Source: Patescibacteria group bacterium
GTDB taxonomy: Bacteria; Patescibacteriota; Dojkabacteria; GCA-002793355
Direction: 5' to 3'
DNA: 64,000 nucleotides
Assembly (NCBI GenBank): GCA_016860985.1
Contig: BOKM01000001.1
Location: 463,462 to 527,461 of the forward strand
The position numbers were made by a program, and so were the translations under genes. Shown here one piece after another: positions 10,284-20,045 of the stretch. The notes under the pieces were generated by a model, which was not told the origin of the DNA, ran no database searches, and saw nothing but the letters and a program-made list of their open reading frames with translations. The number at the start of each line of letters is the position of its first letter. Within the stretch, counting starts at the first letter, position 1.

Positions 10284-10699
10284 TTGTTCAAAGTGGAGGT
10301 GAGGGGAATCGAACCCCTGTTCAGCTATTCTAAAAAAGAAGTTTCTCCCAAAACAGTCTGAGTTGTTTACGAGATTATGCCTAAAAATCAGACAAAAAAG
10401 CATAACCCGCCCACACAAATACGATTCTGGCAACTCAGCGGAACTAGCGGCCAGTCGGCATGAACTTTCTTACTCCTGGCTCTCCGCTTGTCATGCGAAG
10501 GAGGAAAAGCCAGTTACGTCGAAATTAGACGTATGAGAATTGCATTGCTGGAGAAACAGCTTTGAGGGCTGAGTTCACGAACGATGCGATTTTCTCAGAA
10601 AGGGTTTGTTTGGCACTTTATGTGCTTTGATAGTTTAACGGGATATCAGCCCGTTTGGCTACTTCTTTCAACGAACAACCGTCTAAACCGATCACCCCC
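10284..10699 (-). ncRNA. ssrA: tmRNA (ssrA), about 415 nt
   Basis: The minus-strand 5' end GGGGGUGAUCGGUUUAGACGG resembles the canonical tmRNA 5' end (GGGGCUGAUUCUGGAUUCGACGG). The 3' end ...CAGGGGUUCGAUUCCCCUCACCUCCA has a T-arm (GGUUCGAUUCC) and an acceptor strand that pairs with the 5' GGGGGUG. CCA is not encoded. Confidence 0.7.
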
Positions 10700-10772
10700 G
10701 GTTACGGAATAATGAATTATATCATTTTTCTGGGGTAAAATGCTATAATACCCATTATTTGACAACTATTAC

Positions 10773-11513
10773 ATGTCACCCTTTTGGCAAGCATTGTCGG
10801 GCATTCTCATCATCAGTTTTATACCTGTAGTTGGTGTTATAAGTCTGTGGCTCTCAAAAAAAACGCTGTCCCGTTATACGCATTTATTAGTGAGTTTTGC
10901 TGTAGGTGCACTTTTAGGAAATGCAATTATTCATCTACTCCCCGAAGTGTTTACAGAAGCAGAGAGAACCGAGATTGTACCCTTTCTCGTTATTGCTGGC
11001 ATACTTCTTTTCTATCTTTTGGAACAATTCCTGCGTTGGCACCATAGTCACGAACAACCCGAAACAGCAAAAGCACAATCAATCGCGACGATGAGCATTT
11101 TTGGCGATTCTGTTCATAACTTTCTTGATGGGCTTCTTATTGCCGGAAGTTTTATTGTTGATCCTCGTTTAGGGTGGTCTACCGTATTGGCAGTAATTCT
11201 TCACGAAATCCCACAGGAAATCGCGGACATAGGCATTCTTTTCTATGCAAAATGGCCTACTAAAAAAATACTCATTGCAAATATACTTTCAGGATTAATC
11301 GCTGGAGCCGGTGTTTTGGTCGGATTCATCGCAAATAATACATTTGAGGCGTTTGCGCCGTACTCGCTTGCTCTTACTGCAGGAGGGTTTATTTATATCG
11401 CGTGTACCGATCTTATTCCAGACCTTCACCAACACGGGGCAGAATCAACAAAAGAACGGCTAATCCAATTCTGTATGCTTCTTCTTGGATTAGGGCTTTT
11501 TGCGATACTCTAG
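10773..11513 (+). CDS. zupT: ZIP family metal (zinc) transporter
   Basis: HEIPQEIADIGIL signature of ZIP/ZupT transporters and multiple transmembrane helices. Confidence 0.8.
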   Translation: MSPFWQALSGILIISFIPVVGVISLWLSKKTLSRYTHLLVSFAVGALLGNAIIHLLPEVFTEAERTEIVPFLVIAGILLFYLLEQFLRWHHSHEQPETAKAQSIATMSIFGDSVHNFLDGLLIAGSFIVDPRLGWSTVLAVILHEIPQEIADIGILFYAKWPTKKILIANILSGLIAGAGVLVGFIANNTFEAFAPYSLALTAGGFIYIACTDLIPDLHQHGAESTKERLIQFCMLLLGLGLFAIL

Positions 11514-11522
11514 CCGACAAAC

Positions 11523-14498
11523 TTATTCAGTGAGTCGGACAATCACATCTTCATTCCGTACAATGGTCTTGACCCACTTATCACCTTCCAACACAAATTC
11601 CTGCTCCCGAAGAAGCTGCTCAGAAATGAGTGAGTTATTTGCTCTCGTCACTATAACTCTAACTACTTCTGGTTCGTACCCAGATTGTTTAAAAAGCGAG
11701 AGTTGCTGTGGAATTGTAGTCATTGTGAATTCCAGAGTAACGGGCTTTGTTTCCTGAATTGCGATAACGGTTTCGCCAAGCAAATAGGGCACCTCTTTTG
11801 AGGTTTTATAAAACATTGGCTGCTTTGTATAACCTGAAGATTGCAAATAACTGAACTCTTGCGGCACATATACCCTTTGCACATTCACGTATTTACCCTC
11901 TGGATATCCCTCGCTTTTACTTTCGTTTGTATAAAGCATTGTCATTGTGGCCTTTTTGGTAACTTCATTCACAATAATATCTGTTGAGCGCTTTATATAT
12001 CGGTTAGCTTTGTTTCCTCCCCAATTCCAATCTACAGCGAACAGTGCACGCTGCTCCGGCAGAATTTTTCTGTATGTGTCGTAATAATCAAGCACGCGAG
12101 AACGAACTTCGTTGTTTGTGGAGTACACCATTATCGAACGTTGAGCGATTGCGTTCAGTAGAACTGTGATAATCTGCTGCTTTTGAGCTGCAGGAGCATT
12201 TGCCATTTTTTCCAAGAATTTTGGCATAAAGGTTGCAACTGCCTTTGTTTTTTCTTGCGATCCAGGCACAAATTCGGAATGTAAAACCCCGACCTTATCG
12301 TAAAGATTCGCTGCGTTTACCTCGCCAAGATTCTCTATCTCCACTCCTCCAATTACAGACAGAATATTTTTAACTACCTGAAAGGTCAATGAGATTGTAA
12401 CGTCATTCGCGTTTGAGACGCTCGCTTGCTTCATTAATTCGGTAACTTGAGAAGATACTTCGGACATTTCTGGACTCCAGTTACTTAGTGATGCTTTAAC
12501 TGTTTTGACACCTAGAGCTTTTTGCATATCAATCGGTGCAGGAACTCCAGAAATCAAGCCATCTACGTTATAAATGTCGTTGACGATAAGTTGTCGAACT
12601 TGCCCATTTTCGATTCCGAGCAAAGCATAGTTAGTAAACCACCCTCCAGTCGAGCGCAATTCTGTTTCGTTTTGAATCATGAGAAAGTAATTTCTTCTTT
12701 CTTTGTATCCAAGTAGGTATGGAATAAGATCGTAGGATTTTGCTACTTCTTCGATTGCAGCTGTATAGCCTGCTGATAACTCTTTAATTTTGTACACGTA
12801 ATTGCGAACAGGAGATGGAAAATCTAAAGGATTGAGGCGCTGAATTCTTGAGTTCCCAATTTTTGCATCTTGTACAGCCTGAGTAACGGCTGTTTGTTTT
12901 GCCATAATTTGGTCAATCTCTGTAAAGTAGTCGCGCGACACTGTACCAGCAGGGTTATTAGGAGAAACCTCGCTAAAGCCCTTTAAAATTGCAATCGCAG
13001 GGGCAAGAGAGTCAAGTGTGGTAGCACCACTTTCAACAAGAGATTTTGCACCATACAAGGCATTAGCGCCATTTTCGTAGAGTGCAGCTGAAGCTGGAAT
13101 ATATTTATAGTAACCAACAGCTTTATAGTCAGAAATCAAGCCATCCATCAAATCGGGTAACTCTGATGCATAGTTCTTAAGATTTTGCGATTCAAGAGAG
13201 GCAACATCTCGAGAGAGTACACTCGCGATTCTTCCCATCTTATAAATAGTCACACCAGCATGCACATATGGTGTTGCCACAAAAAATACAAGAATAAAGA
13301 CGACAAGTGCAATAATTTGCTTTGCTTTTGCATCTTTTTGAACCTGAGACTTTTTCTTTGTACGAGGTTTTGTAAACGAAAGCACAAAGAGTACAGGTTC
13401 TAATACTAATTTTTTGTAGAGCAAGGCAAAGAGACTTTCAGAAGTATTACCAAAACTCTTCGAAACGGGCTGCTGTTTTTCAGTTGCTGGCGGCTGGGGT
13501 GCTACTCCCGCTACTGGCTTCCAAGGAACATTAAGTTGCGTTGCCATTGCATCAACTGTTTCTGCTAGTGCTTGTTCTAACGGAATTTGAGGTTCCCACC
13601 CAAGGCTCAATACAGAAGGAGCTAAACAAATTTCTTTAAGATGAGCAACCTTATCATGATCAGGCAATACTTCGTTGAAAACCACTTGCTTCTCTTCTGA
13701 GGTAAGCTCGAGTAATTGGTAGGCCAAACTTAGTGAAGTAAAGGGGTGATTATACGCAGCAAGGTAAGTTTTCCCTTTTGCCTCGGGCGAAAAAGCAGCT
13801 TTCAACACGGCATATACGGCATCTTCGGTATGAACCAAAAAGTTCTGCTGCATTCCATCGCCAAAAACGTTGATTTTGCTTCGCACAAGTACTTCTCGAA
13901 CTAAGCGGGCGGTATAGGTTGGCGATGCTAAATCAGAATCGTGACCAATAAGTTCACCAATTCTAACGATTCTAGCATTTACATTGTTTCTTTCGACATA
14001 TTCTTGGACCAACGATTCTGCATATTTTTGAATTTGTATATTCGACTCAGGAATTGCCTCCAAGAACTGACTAATATATCCAGAAGTAATGAGTGTAAAC
14101 GTTGCTTCAAAAGAAACCGTTAACTTCATGTACGCATCAATTCGGTTGGACTCCCTAATAAATTCTTTATGATCAATTTTGTCGATTTCCATACTTTCTG
14201 CAAGAACTTCAGGGTACGAGCTACCAGCAGAAAGTTGGGCAAGAAAATAATAGACGTAGTCAATCTTTTTGAACTTACCAATATTCTTAAAGGTACTTTC
14301 AGAATCCATAAATAAACAATCAGACCGGTTCAACAAGTCGCCGAGTAGCTGTCGTTTTCCTGGATTCAGTTTATCGATCAACAATAGACGGCTTCCCTGT
14401 TCCAATAGAATTCGTGCCAGTTTTATTGCAACTGGGTTCGCAATATTGACCAGTACGGTAATCGGTGCAGATGATTTTGTAAATTGGTCGATTGTCAT
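11523..14498 (-). CDS. large multidomain protein: N-terminal NAD-dependent epimerase/dehydratase-like Rossmann domain, one transmembrane helix, and a roughly 600 aa extracytoplasmic domain (DUF4012-like)
   Basis: The N-terminal 330 aa resemble SDR epimerases. A hydrophobic segment (IIALVVFILVFFVATPYV) follows, then a long soluble C-terminal region. It is start/stop coupled with the upstream PEGA gene. Confidence 0.55.
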   Translation of the reverse strand: MTIDQFTKSSAPITVLVNIANPVAIKLARILLEQGSRLLLIDKLNPGKRQLLGDLLNRSDCLFMDSESTFKNIGKFKKIDYVYYFLAQLSAGSSYPEVLAESMEIDKIDHKEFIRESNRIDAYMKLTVSFEATFTLITSGYISQFLEAIPESNIQIQKYAESLVQEYVERNNVNARIVRIGELIGHDSDLASPTYTARLVREVLVRSKINVFGDGMQQNFLVHTEDAVYAVLKAAFSPEAKGKTYLAAYNHPFTSLSLAYQLLELTSEEKQVVFNEVLPDHDKVAHLKEICLAPSVLSLGWEPQIPLEQALAETVDAMATQLNVPWKPVAGVAPQPPATEKQQPVSKSFGNTSESLFALLYKKLVLEPVLFVLSFTKPRTKKKSQVQKDAKAKQIIALVVFILVFFVATPYVHAGVTIYKMGRIASVLSRDVASLESQNLKNYASELPDLMDGLISDYKAVGYYKYIPASAALYENGANALYGAKSLVESGATTLDSLAPAIAILKGFSEVSPNNPAGTVSRDYFTEIDQIMAKQTAVTQAVQDAKIGNSRIQRLNPLDFPSPVRNYVYKIKELSAGYTAAIEEVAKSYDLIPYLLGYKERRNYFLMIQNETELRSTGGWFTNYALLGIENGQVRQLIVNDIYNVDGLISGVPAPIDMQKALGVKTVKASLSNWSPEMSEVSSQVTELMKQASVSNANDVTISLTFQVVKNILSVIGGVEIENLGEVNAANLYDKVGVLHSEFVPGSQEKTKAVATFMPKFLEKMANAPAAQKQQIITVLLNAIAQRSIMVYSTNNEVRSRVLDYYDTYRKILPEQRALFAVDWNWGGNKANRYIKRSTDIIVNEVTKKATMTMLYTNESKSEGYPEGKYVNVQRVYVPQEFSYLQSSGYTKQPMFYKTSKEVPYLLGETVIAIQETKPVTLEFTMTTIPQQLSLFKQSGYEPEVVRVIVTRANNSLISEQLLREQEFVLEGDKWVKTIVRNEDVIVRLTE

Positions 14499-15265
14499 TA
14501 TTTTTCGAGATTCAGTTGATATTGATACAATTTTGATTCGATTGTAATTAATTTGTCGTCTACGACTGTAATATCAAGGAGCACCGGTTTATAGCCCACC
14601 TTTTCAAGAAGAAGTTGGTGTACTCCGGCAGGGATATTTTCGTTTATATACGGCGTCGTTCCAACTTGCTTTCCATCTACAGATACAGATACGCCCTGTG
14701 GCAATGCTTTTACAATTAACTGAGCATCTTCGGGTGACCTGTCTTGTGCAGAAATAATTGTATAACTAAAAAGGCTTGAGTCAGGAGCAATGTTCGTTTT
14801 TATAATTGTTGTATTTCCTGGAAATATTTCAAAGCCAAGCGATTGCTCTTTAAAATAATTATTCACGTTATCAACCGCTTGGATAGTAAGCGTGTGCTTA
14901 CCTGCTGGAATATTCTCTCCAGTGAAGGGGGTCTGTCCAAGTGTTTTGCCATCTAGTTGCAGCTGCGTACGAACATATTCAGAAGACACAATCAGCGTGC
15001 CATTCCCTTCTTGAATGGGTGCGAATAATTTTCGTACCGGATCAAGCACGCCACTCACACTAACTAAAACGACGAGCGCAAAAGCAAGAAGAGCAACCTT
15101 TAAACCATATTGTACGAACTTGATACCTTTTCTTGATGCAACACGCGTGGGATAAAGCCCAGCTTCGATTGATTCTGTTACCTGCTTTTGTTGCTGAACT
15201 TTGTAGGTCATTACTCGCTGTTCAGGGACTGATTCTTTTTTTTTGCGTGAACGAAAGAGAGGCAT
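14498..15265 (-). CDS. PEGA-domain membrane-anchored protein
   Basis: Two PEGA-like repeats (GKTLGQTPFTGENIPAGKHTLTIQA and GKQVGTTPYINENIPAGVHQLLLEKVGYKPV) after an N-terminal transmembrane segment. Confidence 0.6.
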   Translation of the reverse strand: MPLFRSRKKKESVPEQRVMTYKVQQQKQVTESIEAGLYPTRVASRKGIKFVQYGLKVALLAFALVVLVSVSGVLDPVRKLFAPIQEGNGTLIVSSEYVRTQLQLDGKTLGQTPFTGENIPAGKHTLTIQAVDNVNNYFKEQSLGFEIFPGNTTIIKTNIAPDSSLFSYTIISAQDRSPEDAQLIVKALPQGVSVSVDGKQVGTTPYINENIPAGVHQLLLEKVGYKPVLLDITVVDDKLITIESKLYQYQLNLEK

Positions 15266-15357
15266 GAGTCAGTATAGCATTATATTGGGCAAAATATAAA
15301 GAAATCCTCTTTATAGTATAGTTGCGATTGGCCACATGTGTGCTTTGAAATGGGGAG

Positions 15358-16689
15358 TTATTTTTTAATCTGTGCACGAAAATCCTGTTCCATCACTTTC
15401 TTTCGATATTTGTTGGCAAAACGATGGGCTTCATCTCTAAGTTCACGCAAATGGAGGTAGCCAATATTTGATTTTTCAACTTTTGTGACTCGCCACTTAC
15501 CCTCGACCTTTTTTAGAAAAAAGTCATTTGGTTTAAAGATTCCTACGATAGGGACATTCTCAAATGGAGTACCTTTGACGGCATCAATAACAGCACCTAC
15601 TTGCCCCTTTCCACCATCGATCAGAAGCAAATCGGGTAATCGCCAGGCTCGCTTGATTCTTCGGCCTAGAATTTCTTTCATCATCCAAAAGTCCGAAATA
15701 CCTGTTGTATATTTAATTCTGAATTTTCGGTACTGATCTTTAGCTAGCTTTCCGCCCTCGCTCACAACCATAGAGCCTACAGTCCATTTTTCCATGATAT
15801 TTGAGATATCGTAGCATTCTATTCGTTCGGCGGAAGGAAGTTCCAAAAATTGCGCTATATCGTCAGCCCGCCGTTTGTACACATCCACCAAGAGGTTCGG
15901 GTTATCAACATACTGGTCAGGAAGAATACTCGCGGTTTCCAATTGATGTAACTTCGAAAGTGTATCTCTAATTTCTTTTGCTTTCTCGTAATCCTCGGTT
16001 TGCGCAAGCATCCTCATCTCTTTCTCTAGCTCCTCGATTGCGGTGGAATATCCTTTTTTTAGAAACATTTCTAAACCAAGAATATTCTTTCTATTTTCCT
16101 GATATTTAGCGATATCTCCACAGGCGCCGGTGCACAAACCAATATGCGCGTACATACAAGCTCGGTGCTGTTTTAATGATTGAGTAAGCTTGGTTTTAGG
16201 ATATTCACAATGAGGGTAAATTCGTCTTAAATGCTTTAGTACTTGGATGACGAGCGAACCATCAGGAAAAGGACCGTAAAAACGAGTCCTTTTCAAACTC
16301 CTTCCATGAACACCAAAAATTTTTGAAAATGTGTATTTCTTACCTTCGAATAAAACATCAAAATCTTGCACCGCAATATATTTATATGACTTATCGTCTT
16401 TTAACGAGATATTATAGTGTGGTTTATACCGTTTAATGAGCTCTGCTTCAAGTAAGAAGGCCTCGATTTCGGAGCGGACTTGAATAATATCGAGGTCAAC
16501 AATCTGCGACACAAGCGCTTCGGTTTTGGGACCTTTGTATGTATCTACGAAATAACTTGAAACACGATTTTTTAAGTTTTTTGCTTTACCAACATAAATA
16601 ATTTTCCGCTTTTCGTTGTAGTAAAGGTAACACCCTGCGGTGGTTGGAAGGTTGGCTAATTTTTTTTGGAGTTTTATTGAGAGTACCAC
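15358..16689 (-). CDS. uvrC: excinuclease ABC subunit C (compact form lacking the C-terminal HhH domain)
   Basis: N-terminal GIY-YIG (GCYLYYNEKRKIIYVGKAKNLKNR) and a C-terminal RNase H-like endonuclease motif (CYDISNI...GSMVV). It is only 443 aa. Confidence 0.8.
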   Translation of the reverse strand: MVLSIKLQKKLANLPTTAGCYLYYNEKRKIIYVGKAKNLKNRVSSYFVDTYKGPKTEALVSQIVDLDIIQVRSEIEAFLLEAELIKRYKPHYNISLKDDKSYKYIAVQDFDVLFEGKKYTFSKIFGVHGRSLKRTRFYGPFPDGSLVIQVLKHLRRIYPHCEYPKTKLTQSLKQHRACMYAHIGLCTGACGDIAKYQENRKNILGLEMFLKKGYSTAIEELEKEMRMLAQTEDYEKAKEIRDTLSKLHQLETASILPDQYVDNPNLLVDVYKRRADDIAQFLELPSAERIECYDISNIMEKWTVGSMVVSEGGKLAKDQYRKFRIKYTTGISDFWMMKEILGRRIKRAWRLPDLLLIDGGKGQVGAVIDAVKGTPFENVPIVGIFKPNDFFLKKVEGKWRVTKVEKSNIGYLHLRELRDEAHRFANKYRKKVMEQDFRAQIKK

Positions 16690-16715
16690 AGAGAATTATA
16701 CTATTTCTCAATTGT

Positions 16716-16994
16716 TTACGAATCTTCGAGTTCTTGCTTGGCTGCTTCCCAATCCATGTTTGGAGTGACTGTGATTTGCAGACTCGTTCCATCGGCATTC
16801 AGTTGCCTTACATCAGTGACAACTTTACAAATTCTGTGTGCAAACTGACAACCCACACATCCCTGATCAGCAAGCACTTTATCTATTGCTGCTGCTTCAT
16901 CGGGAAGAAAGGGTGGTTCTCCTATTCCGACTCGATGAGTATTTTCTTCATTCTCACACGGCATTTTTTCTAAAATTTCCCATTCAGTAGCCAT
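16716..16994 (-). CDS. small acidic hypothetical protein with 4 Cys (possible metal-binding), 4 nt downstream of uvrA
   Basis: 92 aa ORF with Cys at PCENEE and GCVGCQ...C. No recognisable family. Confidence 0.35.
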   Translation of the reverse strand: MATEWEILEKMPCENEENTHRVGIGEPPFLPDEAAAIDKVLADQGCVGCQFAHRICKVVTDVRQLNADGTSLQITVTPNMDWEAAKQELEDS

Positions 16995-16997
16995 GTT

Positions 16998-19900
16998 TTA
17001 CTCCGCAATATCTAACTCTTTAAGCATCTTACCCGTCCAACTCCTTGGATTTCGTCTAATGTCACCTATTGTGCCTGTCGCTACGATTTCTCCACCACCA
17101 GTTCCACCTTCGGGACCTAAATCGATGAGATAGTCAGCTTCCGCGATAAAGTCGAGGTTATGTTCAATTACAAAAACACTATTCCCTGTCGCAACTAAGG
17201 TTTTTAATACTGCTACCAGTTTCTCAATATCTGCAAAATGCAGACCAGTAGTTGGTTCATCAAGGATGTAGATTGTTTTACCTGTCGAACGCCTTCCAAG
17301 TTCTGCTGATAACTTCACTCTTTGTGCCTCTCCACCCGACAACATTGGGGCTGGCTCTCCAAGCTTCAAATAGCCAAGCCCTACTTGCTGAAGCATTTCG
17401 AATTTTTCTCGAATCATCGAGATTTCTGAAAAGAAAGCAGCAGCTTCATCTACCGACATATCCAACACATCTGCAATATTCTTTCCTTTGTACAACACTT
17501 CTAGAACCTCAGACACATATCGCTTACCGTGACAAACATCACAGTCAATATACACATCGGGCATAAACTGCATTTCGATCTTTATCTTACCCTCTCCTTT
17601 ACAGGCTTCACAACGACCACCTTTCAGGTTGAAACTAAAGCGACTTGCGGTGTAACCTCGCACTTTGGAATCCTTTGTTTGAGCAAAAAGTTCTCGAATA
17701 TCGTCGAAAACCTTTGTGTATGTTGCAGGATTACTTCTTGGTGTTCTACCAATTGGCGACTGATCAATGTAAAGGAGCTTGTCAATAACATCCGATACGT
17801 ATAGGTTTCTGTATTCTGTGTCGGGGCTATCTGTTCTCAGACCAAGAGTCTTTTTGATAGCAGGCAACAAGGTTTCCACCACAAGGGAGCTCTTTCCTGA
17901 ACCTGAAACACCAGTTATTGCAACAAATTTTCCGAGCGGAAACTTAACCGTTACATCTTTTAGATTGTGTGTTTTTGCCCCAGAAAGCTCTAAATACCGG
18001 TCAGCTACGCGCATTCGGGCATGTGACGCAAGAGCATCGTTTAATTTTTTGTTCTTACCAAGCCCTAACTTCACGAGTTTTTCGACTTCTTTTGCAATTG
18101 TTTTCTTACCAGCTAAGTACGGGCCAGTTACAGATTCGGGGTTGTCCATAATCTCTTTTGGCGTACCCATAGCAACGATTTTTCCTCCACGATCTCCTGC
18201 ACCCTTACCAAAATCAAGTACAAGATCTGCATTCATCATGGTATCTCTGTCGTGCTCAACAACGATCACAGTATTTCCCAAATCACGAAGATGCTTTAAT
18301 GTCGCGATTAATCGATGTTGATCTCGTGCATGCAGCCCAATCGAAGGTTCATCTAGTACGTAAATTACCCCCGAAAGGCCTGTTCCAATCTGACTCGCAA
18401 GGCGAATTCGCTGTGCTTCTCCACCAGAAAGCGTAGTTGCAGTTCTACTCACGGTTAAGTATTCAAGCCCCACGTCTAATAGAAATTGCGAACGAAGGAG
18501 GATTTCTCGAATTACTGGTTGTGCAATTGTCTGAGCTTTTGAATCAAATTCTTTAATAAATCCCTTGGTCTCATCTGTAAACTCTTTGATGGTTAAATCG
18601 CAAAGCTGGGAGATATTTAGATTATTAATGGTTACCGCAAGCACAATATCTTTAAGCCTTGTTCCTTTACAAGTTGGGCACGTAACCGTACTCATAAACT
18701 TCTCAATTTCGGTTCGAATAAAATCTGAATTTGTTTCTTTATACCTGCGCTCTAAGTTCGGAATTATCCCCTCGTATTTGGCATGAAGCGAGCGTTCTGT
18801 TCCGTCTTGGCTCGAAAAGTACGTTACTTTGTACTTTTGATCTCCCGTTCCGTAAAGAATCAGGTGTAATTTACCCTCAGTAAGCATACTCACTGGCGTA
18901 TGAATCGAAATAGTGTGTGCATCACAGACTAGTTCAAGCAACCTTCTAAAGTAAGAATCTCTCTCAAGCATTTTTGCGTACGGCATGATGCCACCTGCAA
19001 GTATCGAACGCTTTCCGTCGATAATTCCCTCTGTTGATATCTTCTTTATAACGCCAAGTCCATCACATTCAGGGCAGGCACCGTGTGGGGAATTAAAGGA
19101 AAAATCTCTAGGTTCAAGATCAGGAACAGAAATACCGCATTTTTTACAACTTTTGGTAACGCTATAATCGTGGGAAAGTACTGAGGTTGGACGAGCAGGT
19201 ATTCCCGGTTGTGGATCTCTTATTTCTAAAATTCGAACAAAGGTTGGTTGAATTTTAAGTGCGGCCTCAACTGATTGAAATATTCTTGAGCGCATTTCTT
19301 TTAGCGCTTCTTCTGAATCAAAGAGCGTTTTGCTCACACTTAAGGTGTCGACTACTACTTCTATTTCGTGTTGCTTGTACTTGTCGAGCTGTGGCAACAT
19401 TAATTTCAAGTCAATATATTCACCATCAACTCGAACAACATTCCACCCCTGTTTTCGCAAGTTCATAAATACCTGCTCATATTCACCTTTTCTTCCAGAA
19501 ATTGGAACTGCGGTAATCATAAAGCGGAACCCAAATTTTTGAGTATTTTTATCGTTTTCGTATTCGCGTTTTATCTTCTGCAATAAACCATCTACTACCT
19601 GGTCAATTGTTTGGGAGGTAAGTACCGCCCCACATTGTGGACAATGCGCAACACCGACTCTCGCGTACAACAATCGTAGGTAATCATAGATCTCGGTGAT
19701 TGTACCAACAGTCGAACGAGGATTATGTGATACCGTTTTCTGGTCAATAGCTATAGAGGGTGACAATCCTTCAATTTTATCGACATCTGGCTTACGTAGT
19801 TCACCCAAGAATTGCCTTGCATATGCAGATAAGCTCTCCACATATTTTCGCTGGCCTTCGGCATAAATGGTATCCATTGCAAGTGAGCTCTTGCCAGACC

Positions 19901-20000
19901 CCGACAAGCCAGTAAAAACAATCAACTTGTTTTTTGGGATATCGACGTCAATATTCTTGAGATTGTTCTCGCGCGCACCGCGAATCGAGAGAAAGTCCAT
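16998..20000 (-). CDS. uvrA: excinuclease ABC subunit A
   Basis: Two ABC ATPase modules with Walker A (GLSGSGKSS and GVSGSGKSS), LSGGE signatures, and zinc-finger Cys pairs. 1000 aa. Confidence 0.95.
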   Translation of the reverse strand: MDFLSIRGARENNLKNIDVDIPKNKLIVFTGLSGSGKSSLAMDTIYAEGQRKYVESLSAYARQFLGELRKPDVDKIEGLSPSIAIDQKTVSHNPRSTVGTITEIYDYLRLLYARVGVAHCPQCGAVLTSQTIDQVVDGLLQKIKREYENDKNTQKFGFRFMITAVPISGRKGEYEQVFMNLRKQGWNVVRVDGEYIDLKLMLPQLDKYKQHEIEVVVDTLSVSKTLFDSEEALKEMRSRIFQSVEAALKIQPTFVRILEIRDPQPGIPARPTSVLSHDYSVTKSCKKCGISVPDLEPRDFSFNSPHGACPECDGLGVIKKISTEGIIDGKRSILAGGIMPYAKMLERDSYFRRLLELVCDAHTISIHTPVSMLTEGKLHLILYGTGDQKYKVTYFSSQDGTERSLHAKYEGIIPNLERRYKETNSDFIRTEIEKFMSTVTCPTCKGTRLKDIVLAVTINNLNISQLCDLTIKEFTDETKGFIKEFDSKAQTIAQPVIREILLRSQFLLDVGLEYLTVSRTATTLSGGEAQRIRLASQIGTGLSGVIYVLDEPSIGLHARDQHRLIATLKHLRDLGNTVIVVEHDRDTMMNADLVLDFGKGAGDRGGKIVAMGTPKEIMDNPESVTGPYLAGKKTIAKEVEKLVKLGLGKNKKLNDALASHARMRVADRYLELSGAKTHNLKDVTVKFPLGKFVAITGVSGSGKSSLVVETLLPAIKKTLGLRTDSPDTEYRNLYVSDVIDKLLYIDQSPIGRTPRSNPATYTKVFDDIRELFAQTKDSKVRGYTASRFSFNLKGGRCEACKGEGKIKIEMQFMPDVYIDCDVCHGKRYVSEVLEVLYKGKNIADVLDMSVDEAAAFFSEISMIREKFEMLQQVGLGYLKLGEPAPMLSGGEAQRVKLSAELGRRSTGKTIYILDEPTTGLHFADIEKLVAVLKTLVATGNSVFVIEHNLDFIAEADYLIDLGPEGGTGGGEIVATGTIGDIRRNPRSWTGKMLKELDIAE

Positions 20001-20045
20001 GAAGAGTATTATACAGGATTGTTCGAAAAAATGGAACTTATAACC

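Noticed and set aside
10284-10370. Possible tRNA gene at the 3' GGUUCGAUUCC T-loop next to the 346 aa hypothetical gene
   Set aside because: No matching 5' acceptor strand lies within about 76 nt. The complementary GGGGGUG is about 415 nt away at 10699 and is followed by a tmRNA-like 5' sequence, so this is the tRNA-like domain of ssrA and not a tRNA.
9233-10772. Integrase or phage-island boundary at the tmRNA 3' end
   Set aside because: No tyrosine or serine recombinase and no repeat of the tmRNA 3' end is present in the flanking genes, so the acquired-island idea appears only as a weak inference in the findings.
16586-16973. Overlapping ORFs 16586-16798 (minus) and 16644-16973 (plus) between uvrC and uvrA
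   Set aside because: They overlap the better-supported 92 aa ORF and the uvrC 5' end, and they lack motifs. Probably non-coding frames.
17252-19542. Numerous 60-180 aa ORFs on the plus strand inside uvrA, with similar antisense ORFs inside murF, ddl, murD, uvrB, asxS, ileS and others
   Set aside because: They lie wholly antisense to long, well-supported genes, have low-complexity translations and show no motifs. These are typical spurious ORFs.
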